Source: a virus
Direction: 5' to 3' (one strand)
DNA: 64,000 nt
Virus record (IMG/VR): IMGVR_UViG_3300036781_000230
Span: 15,072 to 79,071 of that record
Shown: positions 47,930-55,164 of the stretch, one piece after another
Layout of the letters: each line of letters begins with the position of its first letter
Position numbering within the stretch: position 1 is the stretch's first letter
Program-made: the position numbers and the translations under genes
The notes under the pieces: model-generated
Told to the model about the DNA's origin: nothing
Databases searched by the model: none
What the model saw: the letters and a program-made list of their open reading frames with translations, nothing else

Positions 47930-48618
47930 CCGATTCTACCACATACGTCACAACGAACGTCTTTGATAGTCTGGCACTCATGTGGTCGACGCCACATATC
48001 GATCTTCTTTTCATAGTCGATGTGGAATATCTTCCACTCGTCCCCTTCTGGTGGCGGTGTGTTGAAGTCAGTCTGTACGAAGTCGTAGAGCATCAACTCC
48101 TCAGCAGGCTTCGGAAAGCCCAGCACTTTTGACAGTCGTTCGCTCGGAGTCAACAACCTTGGTACATCAATAGGTGCTGCAGACGCGACACTCTCGAGTA
48201 GGCTCTTCGGCCTGTACAGCGTCACCGCAATTGACTTGCAAGTTTGACACACCAGGTCACCACCCACATAGCCACCTTTCGAAAACTCCTGAACGAACCC
48301 TTCAAAGAGGACTTCCTTGACGTCCGCACAATTTCCACACCAAGCAAATTTAGAGTGAACAACGGTCTCTTGCGTAGCTTCATCTTTTGTTAAGAATTTA
48401 AACCCGAAGAATTCGGTCATGTTCAAAATGCCTTCGAGAGCGACTTTGAGAGCGTTTAGTCTATCTGGCGTAGGTATCGGGTTAAATATCATGTACATCG
48501 AATTCGGTCTGAACAACTGATCAAGAAGGCCCTTTACGTACGTCTCGGGATTCATCTTGGCTCGTTGAGACGTTAGCTTGAGTTGAGCTTTAGCTTCTGG
48601 GTTTAATGAGACTATCAT
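47926..48618 (-). CDS. Multi-domain protein (RHH-like N-terminus, Zn ribbons)
   Basis: MIVSLNPEAKAQL...; CGNC, CQTC, CDVC motifs. Confidence 0.55.
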   Translation of the reverse strand: MIVSLNPEAKAQLKLTSQRAKMNPETYVKGLLDQLFRPNSMYMIFNPIPTPDRLNALKVALEGILNMTEFFGFKFLTKDEATQETVVHSKFAWCGNCADVKEVLFEGFVQEFSKGGYVGGDLVCQTCKSIAVTLYRPKSLLESVASAAPIDVPRLLTPSERLSKVLGFPKPAEELMLYDFVQTDFNTPPPEGDEWKIFHIDYEKKIDMWRRPHECQTIKDVRCDVCGRIG

Positions 48619-48950
48619 GCTATGAATATATCCTTAGGAAGTTCTTTTACGATCTCGAATCTGTATTCTCCTAATTCTCTTACAAGAAACCACGGTGTTA
48701 TCATCGCGTGAAGAGAATGATTGAATCTTGACTTTGTGAGTCTCAGATTTCGTAGACAGTGTTGTTGGAATTCAGATATCTTCAGTGTGGATAAACCTTT
48801 CAGTACATCGATAGATCTAAATCCATTAGAAGACTCTAGTAGAATGCGAACATTCATACTGGTAAGTTTATTCGAGTGTAGAGATTTTACATACGTGAAC
48901 CGTTCCCCTAGTTTATTGTCCAATTGTATGACTTTACCGTCTATCATCAT
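48615..48950 (-). CDS. Hypothetical early protein
   Basis: Coupled ORF. Confidence 0.5.
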   Translation of the reverse strand: MMIDGKVIQLDNKLGERFTYVKSLHSNKLTSMNVRILLESSNGFRSIDVLKGLSTLKISEFQQHCLRNLRLTKSRFNHSLHAMITPWFLVRELGEYRFEIVKELPKDIFIA

Positions 48951-48954
48951 GATA

Positions 48955-49560
48955 ATCTTATTATATACCCCGTCATTCCTAATTAGCTAATGATTTTTAT
49001 GCACATCAAAACTTGTATTTGATGAATTTGGCGTATAAGGGTAAAAATTCAATTATCACATCACACGTGTAATGTGAGTATTGATTTTTAATGTTACTAT
49101 GTTACCTATTGACTAAGTGATTTATTATGTTATACATAGGTCTATTATTCTATGTTACCTTTAATGTGACTTGTTACCTTTAATACTCATATGCATAAAA
49201 CCAAGACTACAAGAGATATACAAGAATAACTCTTCTATGCTGAGTCAGTCTTTCAATACTCATGTTGGATGTGTGCTGCGGATATTGATTTTTACATAGT
49301 ATACCCGGGATAAACTAGATACACTAGCCATAACTAATAAGGCAGACTCTTCGATGCTGCCATAACTGTTGTAGCCATAACTATTATTAGCCATAACTGT
49401 TAGACAGAAAATGCAACTAGCGGAAAGTTTTATATACAGCCATAACTATGTATGATATAGTGCACATGTGAACTAAAATCTTAACAAAGAGTAACGAACA
49501 TCATTATTTGAAAAGTTGCTGAAGCGGGACGCGCGTCGACACATAAAAAATTCATTTTCT
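48955..49560. other. Candidate replication origin or packaging region
   Basis: About 600 bp non-coding, AT-rich, TGTTAC repeats and five GCCATAACT direct repeats. Confidence 0.5.
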
Positions 49561-49563
49561 AAC

Positions 49564-49764
49564 TTAAAGTTTTCGTCTAAGGAGTTCTACCATCAGAGTT
49601 AATTCATCTGCAGGAAGAAGCACGCGACCAGTACCGCGACACGTAAAGCACCATCTATTGATGTCTTCGTTACCTGAGAAGGAACCTTCCATTCGTGATC
49701 CAGTACCTTTACATCTAGGACACGTCGGATGTAACTCAGTAGTTAACAGTTCCTCGATAGTCAT
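49564..49764 (-). CDS. DnaJ-type zinc-finger small protein
   Basis: CPRCKGTG...CFTCRGTG; ATG 49764. Confidence 0.6.
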   Translation of the reverse strand: MTIEELLTTELHPTCPRCKGTGSRMEGSFSGNEDINRWCFTCRGTGRVLLPADELTLMVELLRRKL

Positions 49765-49773
49765 TGCTCGGAC

Positions 49774-49812
49774 CTCGAGCGGGTGTAAGGCCTCGAGGAC
49801 ACTTCCTCCAGG
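49774..49812. repeat. Left arm of long-range inverted repeat
   Basis: Reverse complement matches 51323-51362 at 34/40 positions. Confidence 0.75.
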
Positions 49813-49989
49813 AATACACAATCTAATATACAGTTATTAGAAAGTGTATATATTAGAAATGGAATCTGGTTATTAGAAAGTGTATTTTCTGAGAGAAGTT
49901 TAAGACCTACGGGACACGTCCTCTGGACGACTCGAGGAGAGTCTACGGTCCGAGTTGTTTGTCTACCAGGAATCATTATTCTCACTAAT

Positions 49990-50835
49990 TCAATTATATA
50001 CCATCTCAATTAAGTTGTAAACAAAATAATGAGCAGCTGTCACACTTAATTTCGTGTAAGAACTACTCATTTTCGATAAACTGTAAAATTGATTATAGGA
50101 GAATATTCAAAGTTTTAGCAGTTTCTTCTTTAGAATCACAAATAATAACAGAATCATCTAAAGGATCATAGATAGTGAAAAATCCATCTGAGTCAAAACG
50201 AACATTAAATCTTCCAATTTCAACTTCATTATTTTCTTCATTTTCTACTGGTTTATTTTCTAAGTTTGTGAGAATTTCTAAAATGTTCATGTTCAATCTC
50301 CTATATCTATAGTATCAAGAATAGAGAATATGTACACAGAAAAGTGAGCAGCCCTATCACTTTTGTTACTCGTCCCAGGATGAGCGAGGCAACTATTCAA
50401 TGTAGTAGCTATTGCCCATTTTCATGAGTTTCGTAGCGGTTGACCCGTGTCACGTAACCCAATTTTCATTAGTGAAAAGATGATAAAAGTAGTGTATCAA
50501 TATAGAGACGCGCACGGGCGCGTATATCATACAATCATTAAGTTGTACACAACTATTTTACTTTATTTTATGATACCCTAATATCATGTAAAAAGTCTAA
50601 AAACTGCTCATTATTCTGTTTACAACTGAAAATGTGATGATATATAGTTATCCTAGATTGATGCTACACAGTAACACACAAGGAGAAACAACAATGTATC
50701 TATTCCTTCTTCCTTCGATGATAGCAACTCTACTCATCAGTTTCATTCAACTTCGTGATCAGTTTCACTCTGCAAAATAATTCAAAAACTGCTCATTATT
50801 TTGTTTACAACTTCAGAATAACAATGTACTATAGA
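49990..50835. promoter_or_regulatory. Cluster of five early promoters (three leftward, two rightward)
   Basis: Repeated (CTGCTCATTATT)TTGT(T/G)TACAACT motif near 50010, 50330, 50540 (-) and 50610, 50795 (+). Confidence 0.7.
50093..50296 (-). CDS. Small acidic early protein
   Basis: AGGAG RBS, directly after a promoter. Confidence 0.6.
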   Translation of the reverse strand: MNMNILEILTNLENKPVENEENNEVEIGRFNVRFDSDGFFTIYDPLDDSVIICDSKEETAKTLNILL

Positions 50836-50885
50836 TACAGATTGATAGAGCAATACAAATCAAATTCGAAACTAGGAGAACTACA

Positions 50886-51269
50886 GTGAAGATCAAGAAA
50901 ACCACCGCCCCCGTCGAGTCCACCGCGCAGGATAACCAGGAAATTGTTTCTGCTGAGTACCTCGCAAACGATGCTCCTGCAGTTGCTACTGAACCGAAAG
51001 TCAAAGAGACACCAGTTGAGGAACGTCAGTATCGCCTCGTGACCCCCACGGATGAGCCTCTGAAGTTCCGTGGTAAACAGCGTCAAGTTGTATACGATGT
51101 TCTTCGTGCTCATGAGGGTGCTATGACGATTGCTCAGGTCGCAGAGCTCGCTGATAAGCTCGAGCTCAAAGCAGTAGGCGGCACGGAGCCCTCGGTACGC
51201 TACCACCTCCACCACATGACGAAGGATGGTCTCACTGAAGTCGTGAACCCCACGATCACCGTAGAGTAA
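50886..51269 (+). CDS. Winged-helix DNA-binding protein
   Basis: AGGAG RBS; KFRGKQRQVV...TIAQVA...VRYHLHHM; own promoter and downstream hairpin. Confidence 0.75.
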   Translation: MKIKKTTAPVESTAQDNQEIVSAEYLANDAPAVATEPKVKETPVEERQYRLVTPTDEPLKFRGKQRQVVYDVLRAHEGAMTIAQVAELADKLELKAVGGTEPSVRYHLHHMTKDGLTEVVNPTITVE

Positions 51270-51278
51270 CGTAACACT

Positions 51279-51304
51279 ATGCCTCAGTCTTCGGACTGGG
51301 GCAT
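51279..51304 (+). terminator. Hairpin with cUUCGg loop after wHTH gene
   Basis: ATGCCTCAGTC-TTCG-GACTGGGGCAT. Confidence 0.65.
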
Positions 51305-51322
51305 TCGTGGGTTTGCGAGCGG

Positions 51323-51362
51323 CCTGGAGGATCGATCCTCGAGGCCCTACACCCGTCTCGAG
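51323..51362. repeat. Right arm of long-range inverted repeat
   Basis: CCTGGAGGA-N4-TCCTCGAGGCCCTACACCCGTCTCGAG. Confidence 0.75.
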
Positions 51363-51528
51363 CGGCCTGGAGCGGGCTCATACGGCCTACAGGACATGTC
51401 CTCCAGGAATTGTGTCATTTCACGCGCTAATGGAAAACCAGCCCTCCCGACTGACATAATCCTGGGCCCGGCATTTTCTTAAGAAAAGCTCCCAGTATGG
51501 GGCACCAATCACGGAATATGTGCAATGA

Positions 51529-51900
51529 TCAAACGGCGTTCATAATAGAGAAGATTCTATCACACTCATCTTGAGTAAGAACACGACGATCAATGTAGGC
51601 TGGAGTAAGTTCAGTAAGTAGCCACTCAAGCCTAGAGTCATTTGAGTCGTAACCTACTTCTTTTTCTATTTCATTTGCGAGTTCTCTTAGGGCATCTGGG
51701 AGAGTATCCCCAAAACCCGCAAGTCCTTCCTGAATATCAGAACCTATAAGAGCCAAGACTTGATTACCATCACCTCTACAGTTAACAGCGCAAGGAACAC
51801 TTCTCATGATAGGTCTTTTAATGCTCATTTCTTCATCAGTCATGTTTTCCACTATACTTCTCCTTAATTCTTTTTCTAAGAGCTTCATCACTTTCAACAT
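51529..51900 (-). CDS. HicB-like fold hypothetical protein
   Basis: DGNQ..ALIG..IQEGLAGFGDT..DAL motif. Confidence 0.55.
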   Translation of the reverse strand: MLKVMKLLEKELRRSIVENMTDEEMSIKRPIMRSVPCAVNCRGDGNQVLALIGSDIQEGLAGFGDTLPDALRELANEIEKEVGYDSNDSRLEWLLTELTPAYIDRRVLTQDECDRIFSIMNAV

Positions 51901-52007
51901 AAAGTCCCCACAGTGGGTCCCAGCGAGCGTCAGGATGATCTTCAGGAAGAAACATCCTAGTTACCGAAGGCGGCCGCATAAGGTCATCTAATCTCTTGAT
52001 ATTATCT

Positions 52008-52277
52008 TCAGTCATAAAGTTTTCTATCGTGACTACAGTAGTCTACAGGCCTCTCTTGATCTTCTTGTGGAGTATCTGTTGGCATCCCACAAAATCTACA
52101 AGAGTATGGGTGATCCAGCAGGTACTGAATATCTCTGAGTTTCTGCTCTAAGGGACCTTCATTAAAGTGAGGTCTACTGACGAGATTCAGAATTCTATTC
52201 GTTAAAGTACGGTGACCATTCTTTGGAATACATTGCTTAACTCGCTCTTTATCTCGCTCAATTTTTCTCAGTAACAT
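52008..52277 (-). CDS. Hypothetical protein with C-terminal Zn motif
   Basis: CRFCG...YCSH. Confidence 0.5.
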   Translation of the reverse strand: MLLRKIERDKERVKQCIPKNGHRTLTNRILNLVSRPHFNEGPLEQKLRDIQYLLDHPYSCRFCGMPTDTPQEDQERPVDYCSHDRKLYD

Positions 52278-52279
52278 CT

Positions 52280-52648
52280 TTACGCTCTAGCATCTAATAT
52301 TCCTTTCCAATAACCCGCAGACTCATTAAAATAAGTATCGTATATAGTTCTTAGATTAGTACTAAATTTATCATCATATGATCTAGATAAAGAATCATAA
52401 TAAGACTGTACACTTATTTCTTTTCCAAATAGTGTCTTAATTGGAACTTGGTATTGACTGGCTAAAAATACTGCAAAGTCATAAAATTTCTGGGCCATTA
52501 TCCAGAGAAACTGATTGTCTGATGTGATAGGTCCCGTCACCTGTAATCCAGTTTCCTCAAAAGATGTTTCGGACGCAAGCGCCTTTGAATTGACGCAGAC
52601 GGCGATGGTGGTGGCCGCAAAGAGTCGGAGAAATGTTCTACGTTCCAA
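52280..52648 (-). CDS. Tat-signal protein carrying baseplate-J N-terminal-like fragment
   Basis: MERRTFLRL...ALA leader; SDNQFLWIMAQKFYD vs own ADYQWISALALKLND. Confidence 0.55.
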   Translation of the reverse strand: MERRTFLRLFAATTIAVCVNSKALASETSFEETGLQVTGPITSDNQFLWIMAQKFYDFAVFLASQYQVPIKTLFGKEISVQSYYDSLSRSYDDKFSTNLRTIYDTYFNESAGYWKGILDARA

Positions 52649-52841
52649 GTGAGCCTTCTTTCTGTAAAGCGTTTAATTCTTTTTCAGCGTCTGATTTTGC
52701 TTCTTCAACTGTTGCGAAATATTCACATGGGCCATAGAAGCGGTCGGGTGACGTGCCAAGCGTCCAGACGTACTTCGTGTGAAAACTATTAAACCAAATA
52801 TCTACCTGTACTCCAAGGTACTGATAACGAGCTACGAGCAT
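52638..52841 (-). CDS. Hypothetical early protein
   Basis: Coupled ORF. Confidence 0.55.
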   Translation of the reverse strand: MLVARYQYLGVQVDIWFNSFHTKYVWTLGTSPDRFYGPCEYFATVEEAKSDAEKELNALQKEGSLGT

Positions 52842-53032
52842 TATTTACCTATGCTTTTAAAGTATTTTACCATCAAGTCCATCGTACCAAAGTTTATTAT
52901 ATACGGTATAGCATCTGATTCATGATTAACGTTCGTATTCATCGAACTCTTAACTGCTAAAGGTCTACAATCGCAGCTAGGTTCTGGTTTTCCACACTTA
53001 CCACAAAGGGTCACAGGCATGGCTGTCCGCAC
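52841..53032 (-). CDS. Small Zn-binding protein
   Basis: CGKCG...CDC. Confidence 0.5.
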   Translation of the reverse strand: MRTAMPVTLCGKCGKPEPSCDCRPLAVKSSMNTNVNHESDAIPYIINFGTMDLMVKYFKSIGK

Positions 53033-53481
53033 TTTCCACTAAAACCAGGAGGTACCGGGGCACCACACAAAGAACACGTATTATAATCTTTCGCGTCCCA
53101 TTCTCCGAGTAGATATTTATCGTAGAAGTTAGTATTGTGAGGAAATTCTACGATTTCTGGAAGAGCGTAAGAACGCATAGCAGATTCAAGATCTTTCTTA
53201 GTGATATTTGGATTATCTTTTACTAGCATTACCTCATCTGGTATAAAGTATGGCTTATCTCGTTCTTTAAACCAAGCTCTGACTGCCTTAAGACTAGTTT
53301 CATTAGTAAGCCACTTATCTTTACGCCAACCATTAAAGTAAATAGTCCAATACTTACCTACACGTTTGGCTACGTATGTCGTGCCCCATCCCATTCTAAA
53401 CTCAAATCGGCGACTCGTCATCTGGACGACGGTGCTGACTGGACGAGGCGGTATAACTAGATTTACATTAACTATTCTCAT
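53011..53481 (-). CDS. Protein carrying terminase-like peptides plus Zn ribbon
   Basis: DNPNI and FYDKYLLGEW vs TerL DNPNI and YYQRYILGLW. Confidence 0.55.
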   Translation of the reverse strand: MRIVNVNLVIPPRPVSTVVQMTSRRFEFRMGWGTTYVAKRVGKYWTIYFNGWRKDKWLTNETSLKAVRAWFKERDKPYFIPDEVMLVKDNPNITKKDLESAMRSYALPEIVEFPHNTNFYDKYLLGEWDAKDYNTCSLCGAPVPPGFSGKCGQPCL

Positions 53482-53750
53482 TTTTCTACTATGACTGAAA
53501 TGGTGATGTGAGTCTTAGCCATTATCCTCTCATAACATTCTTTGAACATTTGCTGAACACGTTCATTACCTGCATCGGTGTAGGGAATTTTTTCTCCTGA
53601 GTTTAAAGCAATTAATAGAGAATGCTGAAGATCTGCAGCTAAAGCCTCAAGACCTTCCTCAGTTAGTTTACCTGGAATTTCTATGTAGATAGGTGAAGCA
53701 ATACGAGCATTTTTCTGTTGCTCTTTAAACTTTCGCTCATCTTCAGTCAT
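53478..53750 (-). CDS. Miniature, rearranged tail sheath C-terminal-domain homologue
   Basis: KIPYTDAG, ARIASPIY, HITISVIV all match own sheath motifs. Confidence 0.7.
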   Translation of the reverse strand: MTEDERKFKEQQKNARIASPIYIEIPGKLTEEGLEALAADLQHSLLIALNSGEKIPYTDAGNERVQQMFKECYERIMAKTHITISVIVEK

Positions 53751-54204
53751 ACGGCTCCGGTAAAGCTTTTTGAAGTTTACTGTCTAATTCAAATATCTCA
53801 GTTAAAGAAGGTCCATTAAATTCTATCTGATCAAAGTTTGTCTGATCATATTCCATTAGTACTCCCATAGGTCTGTAGCTATCAATTACCTGCTTAAGCC
53901 TACTCATTAGAGGAGGACTAACATAAGTAGGAACCGTAACTGTAATCGAAAACTTTTCACCGTTTTCTACGACTAACCAACTATCCCCAAGTAACCAAGT
54001 GAGCATTCGGGTCATTTGGTTTTGCCAGGGAATATATCTAGTAGTCAGATACTCATTAAATGGAATACCTACTGGATCTTCAAACATCCACTCAGATTCT
54101 TTTTCTACTATAGGTTCCAAAGGCTCCAGTAACTCCTTTGGAGCGATGGTAGCTATAGCAGCTACTCCAGCAATCTGCTTAAAGAATCCGCGTCTCGTAG
54201 TCAT
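53743..54204 (-). CDS. Tat-signal protein carrying DUF2612-like baseplate wedge fragment
   Basis: MTTRRGFFKQIAGVAAIA leader; W...LVVEN...RPMGVLMEY vs own W...IIIDN...RPQAVQYNY. Confidence 0.55.
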   Translation of the reverse strand: MTTRRGFFKQIAGVAAIATIAPKELLEPLEPIVEKESEWMFEDPVGIPFNEYLTTRYIPWQNQMTRMLTWLLGDSWLVVENGEKFSITVTVPTYVSPPLMSRLKQVIDSYRPMGVLMEYDQTNFDQIEFNGPSLTEIFELDSKLQKALPEPYD

Positions 54205-54329
54205 ATTTTCCTAGCCTTTTCCCACGCTCTTCTAATAGGAGGAGCTATCCAATTCGTAAATCTCTCCAGTAGCATTCCTAAGAAAAACCAAGTGGAGTTG
54301 CTCGAATTAAGCCACTGTCTGATGCTCAT

Positions 54330-54372
54330 AATTAATTATACAATCTATTGTACAAAGTTGTACACAACAATA
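54330..54372 (-). promoter_or_regulatory. Early promoter driving the 51.5-54.3 kb operon
   Basis: TTGTGTACAACT...TGTATAAT on - strand. Confidence 0.7.
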
Positions 54373-54440
54373 TTACTAAGCAGTTATGACGTGCAATAAA
54401 AACTTGCGAAAAAAGCCAGTGGTTGTTATATGATGAATTA

Positions 54441-54587
54441 TAAGCACTGAGTCATCCTTTAACCTTTCACGAAACACGTAAAACGAATCTCCTGACTAAG
54501 ATCGTTAGACGAAGCTATCCGGAGCTATAGCCGGAGCATTAGATCAGGTTGTACGTAGACTCGTGAGTGGAGGTTTAGTTATGCTTG
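54441..54587 (+). ncRNA. Long hairpin leader at start of packaging/head operon
   Basis: Nested complementary blocks; RBS and ATG 54581 lie in the 3' strand. Confidence 0.45.
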
Positions 54588-54748
54588 ATCCTCAAACAGT
54601 GTACTTAATTTCTATCAGTCAATATACTCCGACATTTAAAGAAGTCAGAGAAATGGCTCGCATACTTCATGCTCAAGAATGTTCAAGACAAGTTTTAACT
54701 ACTTCAAGCATTCTGATAGAATCAAATGTTCAGATTGGTCAAGCGTGA
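54581..54748 (+). CDS. Small hypothetical protein
   Basis: GGAGG RBS; similar to C-terminus of 47089-47592. Confidence 0.5.
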   Translation: MLDPQTVYLISISQYTPTFKEVREMARILHAQECSRQVLTTSSILIESNVQIGQA

Positions 54749-55022
54749 GAGGATGAAAATCTGTGATGCGGGAAACCATCTCTATTTTTTCCACTGTCCA
54801 GGTTGCGGTAATGCTCATGGGTTCTCTACTGAACCAGGTCGCTGGACTTTCAATAATGACTACGTCCAACCTACAGTCCAACCTTCAATTCTGTGCAACC
54901 GTGACGATCCACAGACTCGTTGTCACTCATTCATAGAGAATGGGAACATAAGGTTTCTCAATGACTGTCACCATGTCCTTAAAGGACTCACAGTGACGAT
55001 TCCTGATTGGGATAGTTTTTAG
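54726..55022 (+). CDS. DUF6527-like protein
   Basis: CPGCGNAH, WTFNND...PT..PSIL, CHSFI..G.I.FL.DC.H.L.G motifs. Confidence 0.75.
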   Translation: MFRLVKRERMKICDAGNHLYFFHCPGCGNAHGFSTEPGRWTFNNDYVQPTVQPSILCNRDDPQTRCHSFIENGNIRFLNDCHHVLKGLTVTIPDWDSF

Positions 55023-55164
55023 TTCATTGCTTCAAATGAGTTGCTAGCATACCTTTCTAGAGGGTTAACTCGAGTGCCGGCCGTTTGGAGTGTTGAACTG
55101 GGATAGAGCGTTTCACCTAGCCTATCTCAGATTTCTGTAACAATTAAGCCTATGGAGAAAGAGC

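Noticed and set aside
48990-49040. Further copy of the TGCA-N30 element
   Set aside because: Half-site and internal hairpin are present but the 30-bp spacing is not met.
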